Assembly (NCBI GenBank): GCA_965221905.1
Contig: OZ244922.1
Span: 1,856,001 to 1,920,000 of the forward strand
Direction of reading: 5' to 3'
Origin: Chloroflexota bacterium
GTDB taxonomy: Bacteria > Chloroflexota > UBA11872 > VXOZ01
DNA length: 64,000 bases
This document shows, piece by piece, positions 1 to 10,582 of this stretch. The notes under the pieces are model-generated. The model was not told the DNA's origin. It saw nothing but the letters and a program-made list of their open reading frames with translations, and made no database searches. Position 1 is the first letter of the stretch; each line of letters opens with the position of its first letter. The position numbers and the translations under genes were made by a program.

Positions 1-617
1 TTTAGTGCCGGAAGATACACGAAACGCGGGTCTTCCCATGCGTTCTCCAAGGCTACCGGCTGGCCATGCTGTGCCGCCCAGCCGGTGACGCCCTCACCAA
101 GATTCAGATGAACGCGACCGACTGCATCTGAACTGAGACCTGTGGTTGCGCGCAATGTCAGGCGGTTCAAACTCTCGTCAAACAGGTAGATGCTGCAGTC
201 GTCCAATTGGAGAACTTCACTCACGGCTTTCACCGTTGAGTCCATTAATTGCTCGAGATCAAGCGTTGAGTTGGCGACATTGTTGACCTGTTGGATGGCT
301 GTTAAGTGGCCCAGGCGGGTCTGCATTGCGGCATTCGTAGAATCGCCTTCTGCCTGCGTGCACGCGCCAAGACGTTCTCGCAAAGCACCGTTAACTGACT
401 GCGAGAATTCGAGCAACTTCGCTGTGCCTTGCGCTGAGTAGCGGTCAAAGTGGGGTACGAGTAGCACGACACGCTCCTCAAACGTATGCCAAGCAGCCTT
501 CACTGCAACCGCGTCTGGAAGGTTGTCGATCAGGGGTCCAAGAGAGAGGACATCGTTTTGGCCCGGTTCTTCACAGATTGCTTGCGCAATATCACTCAAT
601 TGAGCGGAAGAGAGCAT
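1..617 (-). CDS. GAF-domain signalling protein (probable sensor kinase or regulator), 5' part only, runs off the window edge
   Basis: Not in the ORF track. Manual translation from ATG at 617 stays open to base 1: MLSSAQLSD...DDCSIYLFDESLNRLTLRATTGLSSDAVGRVHLNLGEGVTGWAAQHGQPVALENAWEDPRF, a typical GAF signature (GEGxxGW, DPRF). Confidence 0.8.
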   Translation of the reverse strand, partial: MLSSAQLSDIAQAICEEPGQNDVLSLGPLIDNLPDAVAVKAAWHTFEERVVLLVPHFDRYSAQGTAKLLEFSQSVNGALRERLGACTQAEGDSTNAAMQTRLGHLTAIQQVNNVANSTLDLEQLMDSTVKAVSEVLQLDDCSIYLFDESLNRLTLRATTGLSSDAVGRVHLNLGEGVTGWAAQHGQPVALENAWEDPRFVYLPAL

Positions 618-907
618 AAATCTGCTGTCAAGGAACCAGCGCACGTTCGTGCTTGTTAGGTAGTCCAAACTCATCTTGCGTCATCCCTCGCCGTCTGGGC
701 GACACATACAACCGCGAGCTTAGGCGTTACGGTCTCTGCTTACTTGTGATCCGTGCCACCCCGTGCGAAAACCATCCTGGGTGTCGCGCGAGCGTTGTCA
801 GTCACCGCGTCGGACTAATTCTGATACTATCATGCCAGTGTACAGAGGGTACGTCACGCCGAGCGTCGCGCCACTGTGCGGTTCTCCACAACGAATCCAA
901 GGAATAG

Positions 908-2878
908 ATGATGGAGCGGAGCTTCGCGTGGGAGCCGTATGGCGATTACCTTGCGCGCTCCCGCGTGCGAGACTTCATGGATCGCCATGCCATTCCCACT
1001 TGGCAAGAGCTCATTGCGCGGTCGCAGCGGGATATTGACTGGTTTTGGGACGCCGCCCTGAGTCATCTTGGTGTTGAGTGGTCCACCGCATACGATGCGG
1101 TCTACGACGACTCTGACGGCATGCCGTGGACGCGATGGTTTCCAGGCGGCACGCTGAACGTCACTCATAACTGTATCGATCGCCACGTGCGGGACCAGCG
1201 CGGCGGGGAATTGGCCCTGATCTGGGAAAGCGATGCAGGTGACTCTCGCGCTGTGACATACAGGGAACTCTACGACAGCGTTTGTGTCGCGGCTGCCGCA
1301 ATGCAGCGCATGGGTGTGATTTCAGGTGACGTTATCGGTCTGTGCGCGCCGGTTTCGCCGGAAGCCGTGGCAGTGATGTTCGCGGCCATGAAGATTGGCG
1401 CCGTGTGCATGCAGATCGCCGCGCGGTCGGTGCCGCAGGATGTTGTAGAATCGCTCAATCGGGGACGTGCCCGGCTTCTCTTCATGACCGATTCCTACCC
1501 GCGCGGCGGGAAGTGGACCGATTGTTCCCCCACATTCCGTGCTGTTACGCACAATGTGCCTACGCTCGAGCGCGTCGTGCTCATTCAACGGCGAGATTCG
1601 CCATTCGAAATGACCGACAAGGGCCTTTGGTGGTCGGACTTCGCTGACTTGGGCAAACACCACTCCACCTGCGCAACGGTGCCGGTTGACTCGGAGCATC
1701 CAAATCTCATTCTGTTTTCCTCAGGCACCACGGGAAAGTCGAAAGCCATCGTACACACCCACGGAGGATCGCTGGCACAAATAGTCAAAGAGGTGGGATA
1801 CGCCTTCGATTGCCGGCACCATGATCGCTTCTGTTGGTTTACGAATTTTGGTTGGATGATGGCGCCGTGGGAACTCATTGGGGTGCTCTTCTTTGGCGGT
1901 ACCGTTGTGCTCTATGAAGGCACGCACGTTCATCCTACGCCCCACCGGGTTTTCGAGTTGATCGAGAAGCATCGGGTCACAGTCTTCGGCTTTGTGCCAA
2001 CTGCTATCCGCCAACTCGCCGCCCTCGATGAAGACTTCAGTGCCCACGATCGGTCCACTCTGCGCATCCTTGGTTCCACGGGAGAGATTCTCGACAATCG
2101 GGCTTGGTCATGGTACTCCACCGTCTTCGGCGAGGGCCGGTGTCCAATCATGAACATATCGGGCGGCACTGAGGTGATTGGCTGCCTACTCTCGCCGCTG
2201 CCGGTAATGCCGCTCAAGCCTGGGACACTGGGCGGAGCAGGACTAGGCATGGACTTGGCAATCGTAGACGACGAAGGCAGACCGGTTGCAGAAGGGCCGG
2301 GAAATCTCGCGTGCCGACAGCCGTTCCCTTCTATGACGCGCGGGTTCCTGGGGGAACGGGAACGTTACCTAGAAACGTATTTTCCTCACGGCAAGAATCT
2401 TTGGTTTCATGCCGATCGTGTCGAGGTTGATGCAGATGACATGTGGTATATTCTCGGTCGCAGCGATGACCTCATCATTCGCGGCAGCATAAACCATGAT
2501 CCCGGCAAGATCGAGCAGGCCTTGCTCGGTTATATCGGTTCTCCGCGTATTGCCGAAGCGGCGGCAATCGGCCCGTCCGACACAGAGCTAGGACAGCGCA
2601 TCGTGTGTTTCGTGGTTCTGGAGCAGCCGCTTGCTGCCTCTGAAGTTGATGCCTTCATTCACGCGCTGAGCGAGCACGTGGGCGATGTGTACGACAGAGC
2701 GGGTAGGCCTGATGAGATTTACTTGGTGGACGCGTTACCGAAGAATCTGGCGGCAAAGATTCCACGTGGACTAATCAGGCGCGCCTATGAAGGTCAACCT
2801 TTGGGGGACATATCCAAGCTTGATAATCCCCAAGCTATTCCAGCAATTCAATCAAGACGCAAGCGAGAGAAGGTGTAG
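908..2878 (+). CDS. AMP-forming acyl-CoA synthetase (acetate/acetoacetate-CoA ligase family)
   Basis: WFPGGTLNVTHNCIDRH, P-loop LFSSGTTGKSK, NISGGTE, GRSDD, C-terminal LPKNLAAKIPR; AAGGA RBS upstream. Confidence 0.9.
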   Translation: MMERSFAWEPYGDYLARSRVRDFMDRHAIPTWQELIARSQRDIDWFWDAALSHLGVEWSTAYDAVYDDSDGMPWTRWFPGGTLNVTHNCIDRHVRDQRGGELALIWESDAGDSRAVTYRELYDSVCVAAAAMQRMGVISGDVIGLCAPVSPEAVAVMFAAMKIGAVCMQIAARSVPQDVVESLNRGRARLLFMTDSYPRGGKWTDCSPTFRAVTHNVPTLERVVLIQRRDSPFEMTDKGLWWSDFADLGKHHSTCATVPVDSEHPNLILFSSGTTGKSKAIVHTHGGSLAQIVKEVGYAFDCRHHDRFCWFTNFGWMMAPWELIGVLFFGGTVVLYEGTHVHPTPHRVFELIEKHRVTVFGFVPTAIRQLAALDEDFSAHDRSTLRILGSTGEILDNRAWSWYSTVFGEGRCPIMNISGGTEVIGCLLSPLPVMPLKPGTLGGAGLGMDLAIVDDEGRPVAEGPGNLACRQPFPSMTRGFLGERERYLETYFPHGKNLWFHADRVEVDADDMWYILGRSDDLIIRGSINHDPGKIEQALLGYIGSPRIAEAAAIGPSDTELGQRIVCFVVLEQPLAASEVDAFIHALSEHVGDVYDRAGRPDEIYLVDALPKNLAAKIPRGLIRRAYEGQPLGDISKLDNPQAIPAIQSRRKREKV

Positions 2879-2881
2879 GTA

Positions 2882-3835
2882 ATGCAAGCGGAAGCGATAC
2901 GAAATGCCTCAATTGTGGGAGCCGGTCTCATGGGCGCGGACATTGCTGTGGTGCTCTCATTAGCCGGTGTCGCAGTAACCCTCGTCGACATTGGCGAGGA
3001 TCAGCTAGACCTTGCCCGCGCGCGCATGAAAGCAAGTGTGGTAACACTAAGCGACAACGACCTCGTAACACAGGAACAAGCTACAGAGGCATTCCAAATC
3101 GTGAGTGGGACGACTGACCGGGCCGATGGGGTGGAGAATGCGGACTTCGTTGTCGAATCTGTGCCGGAAGATCTAGCGCTAAAGCAAGGCATCTTCGCCG
3201 CACTGGATTCTGAAGCGCCCCCGGAGGCGATACTCACGAGCAACACTTCTTCCCTTTCGATCACCGCCATGGCTGCCGTCACTCGGAGACCCGAGCGCGT
3301 GGTTGGCAGCCACTTCATCCTACCGGGTACAGTACTGCCGCTGGTGGAAGTTGTGCGTGGAGACCAAACTAGCGACGAAACGATGCAGGTTACCTATGAC
3401 TTGTGGCAGCGAGCCGGAAAACAACCGGTGATGGTGCAACAGGATATCCCGGGGTTCCTCCATAACCGCCTGCAACACGCGCTGAGCCGCGAAGCCATTT
3501 CACTGTGGGCGAGCGGAGTGGCCTCCGCGGAGGAGATTGACGCGGTGGTCGTGAACGGCTTTGGTCTGCGTCTCGGTCGGGTTGGGCCGCTGGCGCAGCG
3601 CGACCTGGGCGGCATGGTGATGAACGTCGCTATTGCCGCTTCACTCTACCCTGCACTAAGCTCGCTCACCGATGCGCCGCAAGCGATGAAGGACCTCGTT
3701 GCACAAGGGTCCGTGGGGTTAGAAGCGGGACGCGGCTTCCACGACTGGAGCAATAGCGACCCCCGAGAAAAGCGGCGAGAAGTAGAGCGCACATTGCTCG
3801 CAGACCTTTTGCACCGCAAACGCACTCAGGACTAA
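2882..3835 (+). CDS. 3-hydroxyacyl-CoA dehydrogenase family protein
   Basis: GAGLMG Rossmann motif, ESVPEDLALK, SNTSSLSIT, catalytic H...E (GSHF...LVEV), PGFLHNRL. Confidence 0.9.
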   Translation: MQAEAIRNASIVGAGLMGADIAVVLSLAGVAVTLVDIGEDQLDLARARMKASVVTLSDNDLVTQEQATEAFQIVSGTTDRADGVENADFVVESVPEDLALKQGIFAALDSEAPPEAILTSNTSSLSITAMAAVTRRPERVVGSHFILPGTVLPLVEVVRGDQTSDETMQVTYDLWQRAGKQPVMVQQDIPGFLHNRLQHALSREAISLWASGVASAEEIDAVVVNGFGLRLGRVGPLAQRDLGGMVMNVAIAASLYPALSSLTDAPQAMKDLVAQGSVGLEAGRGFHDWSNSDPREKRREVERTLLADLLHRKRTQD

Positions 3836-4008
3836 TCGAACTGCTAGTTTGCTCGTTCAGTACGGCAGGCGCACCAGGGAACGGGCAGCGTGTGGGTGGT
3901 TCCTAGAGCCCTTACTCCGCACCTTCATGCTGGAAGCGGCTAACGCTCTGCGCATGGGTCCTTGCGGTCTGACAGCTATTGGTCTCCAGCCCTGGCGAAT
4001 GTGTGCGC

Positions 4009-5190
4009 TTAGGCGTCATCAAGAGCAGCGACTCCCGGAAGCGTCTTGCCTTCGAGGAACTCTAGAGTAGCGCCGCCACCGGTGGAGACATGGGTAATGC
4101 TGTCCGTTACGCCGCAGGCGGCGACCGCCGCCACCGTCTCGCCACCGCCGACGATTGTCACTGCACGAGTGCTGGCCAATGCATGTGCTAGAGAACGGGT
4201 ACTGCCTGCAAAGCGCTCTTCCTCGAATAGTCCGAGCGGCCCATTCCAAAGCACGGTGCGTGTCGTAGACAGTATGGATTGAATTGCCGCCACAGTCTCT
4301 GGGCCAATGTCGCCGATAATCGTGTGCGGTGGAATGGCATCGGTAGCAACCACGTCTCCCGTGCCATTTGGCTCGCCAACAGTGCCGACAACGACGTCGC
4401 TGGGAATCAGCACGGCCACGCCAATCTCATCTGCTTGATCAAGGAACGCCGCGGCTACCGCGAGTTGTTCATCCTCGACTAAGCTCTTGCCAACCGCGTG
4501 TCCTTGGGCTTTGAGGAGCGTATTCGCAATACCTCCGCCGGCAACAAGGACGTCGATTTTGCTGAGAAGATGTGTTAGCACGCCAATCTTGGTGGAGATC
4601 TTGGCGCCCCCGATCATGGCAACGAACGGGCGCTCCGGTGCCTCCAGCAATCGAGAGAGTGTAGCAATCTCCTTCTCCATGAGCAATCCGGCAACACTCG
4701 GCAAGTACGCGGTCACACCCACCGTGGAGGCATGCGCGCGGTGAGCAGCCCCAAACGCATCGTTGACAAATACGTCCGCGAGAGATGCCAATTGCTGGGC
4801 AAAGCTCGGGTCGTTCTTCTCCTCTGCGGCATGGAAGCGCAGGTTTTCCAGGAGCAGAACGTCGCCTGACCGGAGTGCGCGAACGGCGGACGTTGCCTCC
4901 GAGCCGATGCAGTCGCGGGCGGTTTGAACGGGTTGATCGAGCAATTCTGATAGGCGTGCGGCTACGGGCGCCAAGCGAAGCGCTTCGTCGACCGCACCCT
5001 TCGGCCGGCCTAAATGGGAAACGAGAATGGTCTTGGCCTTGCGCTCGCGCAACAGGTTCAGCGTGGGCAATGTTGCGCGGAGACGCGCATTGTCGGCAAC
5101 AGTGCCTTGGGCGAGAGGTACGTTGAAGTCCACACGCAGCAACACGTTCTTGCCGCTTAGGTCAATGTCGCGTACAGATTTCTTCTTCAT
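4009..5190 (-). CDS. pgk: phosphoglycerate kinase
   Basis: RVDFNVPL, SHLGRPKG, LLENLRFH, NDAFGAAHRAHAS, GGAKIS, WNGPLG, STGGGATLE. Confidence 0.98.
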   Translation of the reverse strand: MKKKSVRDIDLSGKNVLLRVDFNVPLAQGTVADNARLRATLPTLNLLRERKAKTILVSHLGRPKGAVDEALRLAPVAARLSELLDQPVQTARDCIGSEATSAVRALRSGDVLLLENLRFHAAEEKNDPSFAQQLASLADVFVNDAFGAAHRAHASTVGVTAYLPSVAGLLMEKEIATLSRLLEAPERPFVAMIGGAKISTKIGVLTHLLSKIDVLVAGGGIANTLLKAQGHAVGKSLVEDEQLAVAAAFLDQADEIGVAVLIPSDVVVGTVGEPNGTGDVVATDAIPPHTIIGDIGPETVAAIQSILSTTRTVLWNGPLGLFEEERFAGSTRSLAHALASTRAVTIVGGGETVAAVAACGVTDSITHVSTGGGATLEFLEGKTLPGVAALDDA

Positions 5191-5241
5191 TTCTCTTACC
5201 TGGAGCCCTTGCTCCTGTAGATAGTGCTTTTAGCGCTTTGC

Positions 5242-5272
5242 AAAAGAAAAACCGTGGGTATTATACCCACGG
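5242..5272 (-). terminator. Rho-independent terminator between gap and pgk
   Basis: Perfect stem CCGTGGGTA-tta-TACCCACGG (5252-5272) followed on the minus strand by TTTTTCTTTT. Confidence 0.7.
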
Positions 5273-5317
5273 CCCTTTCCCAGTTGAAGCTTGCGCAACT
5301 CCCGAGCTAGCGAAACC

Positions 5318-6337
5318 CTAGACTGCAGCCTCTTGAGGGATAGTCTGCGCCACTCGGGCCGTCAAGTCTGCAATACGGCAGGCGTAGCCCCACTCGTTGT
5401 CGTACCAGGAGAGCACTTTAACCAGATTTCCAGAGACTTGCGTTGACGGTAAGTCCACAATCGAGCTTCGCGAATCGCCGCGGAAGTCCATGCTGACCAG
5501 CTCTTCGCTGGAGCAGCCGAGGATCCCGTTCAAGCGCCCCTGCGCGGCTGCGACAAAGGCTTCATTCACGGCTTCCACCGTCACACCTTCAGCTACTTCG
5601 CACGTGAAGTCTACGACGGATACTGTCGGCGTCGGCACGCGAAGGGCAAAGCCATCGAGTCGGCCCTTAAGTTCCGGGATCACCTGCACCACGGCGCGTG
5701 CCGCACCGGTGGTCGTTGGGATGATGTTGAGAGCAGCCGCACGGGCGCGGCGCATGTCACTCTGATCAAGGTCGAGAATGCGCTGGTCATTGGTATAGGA
5801 ATGAATCGTATTCATGAGGCCCTGCCGGACGGTAAAAGCATCGTGCAGGACCTTCACCACGGGCGCCAAGCAGTTCGTAGTACACGAAGCATTCGATAGG
5901 ATGTGATGCTCGGCCGGGTCGTATGCGTCGTCGTTTACGCCCAACACCAAGGTAATGTCTTCTTCCTTGGCCGGAGCGGATATAATGACTTTCTTTGCTC
6001 CAGCCGCAAGATGCTTAGCAGCGGAAGCGCGGTCGGTACCCACACCGGTGGCCTCGACTACAACGTCGATGTCCAGGTCCTTCCAGGGCAGCTCTGTCCA
6101 ATCACGTTGCGACATAGTCTGCAATTGTCGCCCGTCGATAGTGATCGTGTTGTCACTTACTTCGATCTCACCGTCAAAGCGGCCATAGTTGCTGTCATAC
6201 TTGAAGAGATGCGCGTTGGTTTTCGCGCTAGCAAGGTCATTCACTGCAACCGGGTCTAAGTCCGGAGCCCGCTCCAGGATGGCGCGCAAGGCTAGTCTGC
6301 CAATGCGGCCAAAGCCATTGATTGCTATTCGTCCCAT
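5318..6337 (-). CDS. gap: type I glyceraldehyde-3-phosphate dehydrogenase
   Basis: INGFGRIGR, SNASCTTNCLAP, RRARAAALNIIPTTTGAA, WYDNEWGY. Confidence 0.98.
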   Translation of the reverse strand: MGRIAINGFGRIGRLALRAILERAPDLDPVAVNDLASAKTNAHLFKYDSNYGRFDGEIEVSDNTITIDGRQLQTMSQRDWTELPWKDLDIDVVVEATGVGTDRASAAKHLAAGAKKVIISAPAKEEDITLVLGVNDDAYDPAEHHILSNASCTTNCLAPVVKVLHDAFTVRQGLMNTIHSYTNDQRILDLDQSDMRRARAAALNIIPTTTGAARAVVQVIPELKGRLDGFALRVPTPTVSVVDFTCEVAEGVTVEAVNEAFVAAAQGRLNGILGCSSEELVSMDFRGDSRSSIVDLPSTQVSGNLVKVLSWYDNEWGYACRIADLTARVAQTIPQEAAV

Positions 6338-6405
6338 ATGTTCTTTGTTCCCCTTCTCCTAACCTGCGTGCGCCAACTGTAGAGAAAGTATAGCGTGCCT
6401 CTTCG

Positions 6406-7731
6406 TCAGGAGACCTTCATTTTCTCTGATTCTACGCGTTTCCGGTCGCGCTTCGATGTCCCGTAATCACTATACACGTGCATTACGGCCTGAGCGAGCT
6501 TCACGGGATCATGTTGGTTGGGTTTCTCCACGTCGATCACGTCGGCGGTGGCAATGGGTAGGCCGTCGATGTTGCTCTTGTCCTGGGACAGCTTTACAAG
6601 CTCATAGGACCCGTTTGCGGAGGGGATGCTTGTGCGGTCGTTCACCAATGCGACCTTGAAGATTTCAGAGGGCGCGTGCAGTTTTAAAGCCGCGAGGTGC
6701 TCTTCCACGCCGTAGTGTGAAGTTTCCCCCGGTTCGGTAGCTACATTACAGACGTAAAGCTTGAGGGCTTTGGAATTGGCCACAGCTTGGGATATCTCAG
6801 GAACAAGCAAATTGGGGAGCAGGCTTGTGTAAAGACTGCCAGGCGCAAGGATAATATAGTCTGCCTCCGAGATCGCCTGACACACTTCGCTGAAGGCAGT
6901 GGGATGTTGTCGATCGAGATATACTCGCTTGATGGCTGAGTCCGCTTCTCCGACCGCAGACTCGCCGGAGATGGTGCGACCGTCCTCTAGCTCGGCACAC
7001 AGCTTGACGCTTTCAAGAGTTGAAGGCAGTACCTGGCCGCGCACGGCGAGGACGCGGGAAAGCTCTCGTATGCCCGATTCGAAGTTGCCGGTGAGGTCGG
7101 CCATGGCCAGCATCATGAGATTGCCGAGACTGTGCCCTTCCAAGCCATCACCTTTGCTGAAACGATAGTTGAGCAGCCGAGTCATCAATGGCTCTGCAAT
7201 AGCTAGCGCGCCGATGCATTGACGTACGTCACCAGGCGGTAAGGCGCCAAACTCGCGCCGCAAGCGACCGGATGATCCTCCATCGTCAACGACCGTCACG
7301 ATAGCAGTGAGATTATTGGTGTACTCCTTGAGGCCGCGCAAGAGCACCGCTTGTCCCGTGCCGCCACCTATCGTGACGATCTTTGGCCCTGTCTTGAGCA
7401 GTCGCCGCGCGTACACAAGGTCCACGAGCCGTTCACGTTTGCGAGGTTCGGAAACAACCTCCATCAACGACGAGTAGAATTTACAGATCGCCATGACGGT
7501 CAGCGTAAGTCCAAGAGTGCCAACCAAAGCTTCTCGGAACGGGTGAGGGATGAACTGCAGTGTCACCGCTTGGACGGGATCGGTGAACGGTTCCGGAACA
7601 GCTATGGTTCTGTAAATCCAGGCGAGGAACATCGCGCAAGCGAGGGCGAATGCCATGAAGCCCACCATGAGCAGCACGATCCACCGCTTAACGTGCATTC
7701 CAGGGTAAAGCCACTTACGAGAGGGAAACAT
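6406..7731 (-). CDS. yvcK: YvcK/GlmR (UPF0052) gluconeogenesis factor with N-terminal two-helix membrane extension
   Basis: IGGGTG, VTVVDDGGSSGRLR, PPGDVR, GHSLGNL, PGSLYTSLLPNLL, HDPVKLA; hydrophobic N-terminus. Confidence 0.9.
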   Translation of the reverse strand: MFPSRKWLYPGMHVKRWIVLLMVGFMAFALACAMFLAWIYRTIAVPEPFTDPVQAVTLQFIPHPFREALVGTLGLTLTVMAICKFYSSLMEVVSEPRKRERLVDLVYARRLLKTGPKIVTIGGGTGQAVLLRGLKEYTNNLTAIVTVVDDGGSSGRLRREFGALPPGDVRQCIGALAIAEPLMTRLLNYRFSKGDGLEGHSLGNLMMLAMADLTGNFESGIRELSRVLAVRGQVLPSTLESVKLCAELEDGRTISGESAVGEADSAIKRVYLDRQHPTAFSEVCQAISEADYIILAPGSLYTSLLPNLLVPEISQAVANSKALKLYVCNVATEPGETSHYGVEEHLAALKLHAPSEIFKVALVNDRTSIPSANGSYELVKLSQDKSNIDGLPIATADVIDVEKPNQHDPVKLAQAVMHVYSDYGTSKRDRKRVESEKMKVS

Positions 7732-8186
7732 TGTGAACTTGGCCTTTAGTAGGACTGGGGTATGAGGGCTTCGCTGACCGCATACCTAAGGGTAAGAAGA
7801 AGACTCATCGCCGGACAATGGCGCAACGATGAATCAGGTGCGATTGTTGCTAGAGTGAGACCATAACCAATGAGAAGGAATACGGAGGGACATTCACATT
7901 GAGGGAGGGGCTGCTTAGCTGCACTGTGGATCTTGGATCTCTGCAAGTCGCCCTCATTTCACATTGATTCATACGTGAATACAAACCAATACAACCTGAA
8001 AAGACTGGCAAGCAAGCAGTACAATCATGAGCAACACCCACATGTACGTGGTCAAGCGCAAATAAAGCTTGTTACTCTTACCTACGAACTATGATCGGTA
8101 GGGGACGTAGACGAAGACTTTGCGGGAATAACCAATGTTAAGTATACGCAATCTATAGATTCACGAAATCGTTGCCTGCAAGTCAG

Positions 8187-8579
8187 CTACTGTGAACGAG
8201 AAGACGGCCGCATCTGCAGTGTAACCGGCTGGGGGTGCGCCTCATTCTCGCAGGCGCGATCTATAGGTACTTCTGTTTCGTCGTTACTCTGTTGAACATA
8301 ATTGTGTTCGATAAGCCAGGCTTCAACATCCTCGCCCGAGACATCAATCAGCACATGCTCATCAATAGCGATGCATGGCTGCATCGTTTGGCCGGTCCGT
8401 TGAACCATTTCGTCAAAATTTGCGGCGTTGTTGATAATGTCGCGATCGTCGAATGCCAATCCGTACTTCTGAAATACGGCGCGCACACCATTACTCCAAC
8501 CGCAAAACGGCTTCATCCACCCAATAATAGTTGGGTTCTCAGCCTTACTCTCTTGGGTATTGATTTCTGCTTGGGCCAT
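8187..8579 (-). CDS. monothiol glutaredoxin-like protein
   Basis: KPFCGWS active-site motif, TGQTMQPC cis-Pro region; ATG at 8579. Confidence 0.75.
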   Translation of the reverse strand: MAQAEINTQESKAENPTIIGWMKPFCGWSNGVRAVFQKYGLAFDDRDIINNAANFDEMVQRTGQTMQPCIAIDEHVLIDVSGEDVEAWLIEHNYVQQSNDETEVPIDRACENEAHPQPVTLQMRPSSRSQ

Positions 8580-8686
8580 CAACTACATCCTTCAGTTGTT
8601 GAAAGTTTTCCGCCAATGGGCCAAAACTAGTATAGCACATTAATGAACGGCGCTTCAGCCCTGATCGCTACAAGTCCGCAAATAAG

Positions 8687-10582
8687 TCAACCCATTTCGC
8701 TCTCAATCCAAATGGGGCTCGACCATGCAGCATTGCCGTCAGCCTGAATCACACGGGCGTAATAGTAGTCTGGCTGCTCCGCTGGGCAGTCGCTCCATTC
8801 AAGTTCTAGTGTCGCGCCGCTGCCTTGGACGGTGTGCACCTCTTGGCCGTCGCGAATGATGTCAGCACGCGCTATTGCACTGGTTCCGATTGCTGCCAAA
8901 CGTATATTGAATGCTGAGGCTGGCTTCGTCGCACCGCCCATGCACGCGCCGTTAACGCTAAAGTCGAGCAGAATGTGCTCGCAGGTGGTGGCGTACGTCC
9001 TGCGGGCCAGCAGGGCTTCCCACAACGACTCTCTGGTGCACTCATGTGCGAGTACTGCCGTGATTCCTCCGACGGGACGCAGCCGATAGCTTATGCCGCC
9101 CATAGTATCCATGCGCGAGCCCGGATGGCCGCGGTGATTGTCGGTGCCGCCGACAAAGCCGAGGCGCAGTCCCTTGGCGAGTGCGCTGCGCGCGGATGAC
9201 CCGTTGCCGCCCAAGATGACGGGTGCGCCAACTTCTTCGACCTCAAACGATCCACGTAATTGACAGATCTCAACATGGCGCTGAAACTCCGGGTGGTGCA
9301 CGTTCCAGTCCGTCGGCTGCCATCGGCCAAAGGTAGTCCCGCCCTCTGAGTGCGTATTCGGGTGATGCGGTATCACAAGGGCGCGGCCCGGCGGCAATTG
9401 GTCCCAGAGGTCGCTCGGATCGTCGGGCGTAGGGCACGGCATGTCGTCGTCGAGGTAGTACACGTTGCGGTGACCGGAGAAACCCGCCTTGCTGAACTCA
9501 TAGGCAAGGATCGTGGTGAATGCGCCAGGTTCATTGTATTTCTTGGCGCTCGCCTTGCTGCGTTCCCAGTCCTTGCCGCCTTCATGGTCGGTAATTGCCA
9601 CAAAATCCAGACCGCTTATGTGCCGCGCGTACCAGTAGGCATCGTCGATATCCCGCACGGCGTCGCCGGAAAGATTCGTGTGGTTGTGTATGTCGCCCCA
9701 GTAGACGTTGTACCCATTCGGGCGAAAGTGCGGGGCAATCGGCTGGCTCCTGCCGATAATGCCGCTGGCCTCATCCCGCGCCCGCACCAGGAATACGCCA
9801 TCCTGATCTGGAACCGCAATGTTTGCCTGGGCAAGGCCCCGATCTCTCGTTGTCGAGTCCCCTTCAGCATGAACGGCACTGTCACTGCTGTTGACCGTCT
9901 CCAGCTTGAGCGATCCTTGAAAGTCGGCGCACACGTTTCCAAATGAATCTCTGGCATGGATGAAGACTCGTGCGCTTCCTTCCTCCGCCTGAAAGTGGGG
10001 CACGATCACGCCGAGCGCGGCGGGCGCTGCGGCCAGGACGTCAATAGCCGGTTGCTGCCGGAGGGCAAAGTGACGGCCCCCGCCCCGGACAGGGTAGTCC
10101 GGATTGCTGTAGTCGGTATTGCCCTCGATGTCTACGCCCACCTCGAAGAAGGTATCGACGCTGATGATGTCTTGCGCCTGGGCGGGCTGGCGGAAGCCGG
10201 AGACATAGCTGCCGGGGTGACCCAGCGTTACCGTAAGGGTGTCGCCGCCGCACAGGCGTTCTCCCTCTAGGACGGCGTAGATCACGGGGTACTGCGAGTG
10301 GTGGTAGGAGAGCGGGTGACCGTTGACGACCTTAACCCGCACGCTCGTGCCGGGAACGCTGGTTGCGGCAACCACGTTGCCCACGTCCCAGCGCTGCTTT
10401 TCGCGGTGCGGCGGCGCAATGCGCACCCCGCCGCCAATCGCAATTCCCTGCTCGCCCACAGTCACGACGATGTCCCATGTGCCGTATTGGCCGACGGTTA
10501 CCGCATCGGCGGGGGTTATGCAGGCACTATAGTCTGCCGGCGCCTGTCCGGCGGTCTGCTCATGTATGGAATCGGATTTCAC
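8687..10582 (-). CDS. DUF3604 / PHP-like metallohydrolase
   Basis: YWGDIHNHT, ITDH, GHRNV, IPHH, GGTDNHRGHPG, RRTYATT, C-terminal YYYARV...AWSSPIW; 4-bp overlap with the upstream CocE gene. Confidence 0.8.
   Translation of the reverse strand: MKSDSIHEQTAGQAPADYSACITPADAVTVGQYGTWDIVVTVGEQGIAIGGGVRIAPPHREKQRWDVGNVVAATSVPGTSVRVKVVNGHPLSYHHSQYPVIYAVLEGERLCGGDTLTVTLGHPGSYVSGFRQPAQAQDIISVDTFFEVGVDIEGNTDYSNPDYPVRGGGRHFALRQQPAIDVLAAAPAALGVIVPHFQAEEGSARVFIHARDSFGNVCADFQGSLKLETVNSSDSAVHAEGDSTTRDRGLAQANIAVPDQDGVFLVRARDEASGIIGRSQPIAPHFRPNGYNVYWGDIHNHTNLSGDAVRDIDDAYWYARHISGLDFVAITDHEGGKDWERSKASAKKYNEPGAFTTILAYEFSKAGFSGHRNVYYLDDDMPCPTPDDPSDLWDQLPPGRALVIPHHPNTHSEGGTTFGRWQPTDWNVHHPEFQRHVEICQLRGSFEVEEVGAPVILGGNGSSARSALAKGLRLGFVGGTDNHRGHPGSRMDTMGGISYRLRPVGGITAVLAHECTRESLWEALLARRTYATTCEHILLDFSVNGACMGGATKPASAFNIRLAAIGTSAIARADIIRDGQEVHTVQGSGATLELEWSDCPAEQPDYYYARVIQADGNAAWSSPIWIESEMG

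Noticed and set aside
7740-8180. Riboswitch or small gene upstream of yvcK
   Set aside because: AT-richer promoter-like region; no recognisable riboswitch consensus, and the short ORFs lack support
8187-8579. Selenocysteine recoding in the glutaredoxin or redox genes
   Set aside because: No in-frame TGA at catalytic Cys positions; frames are intact
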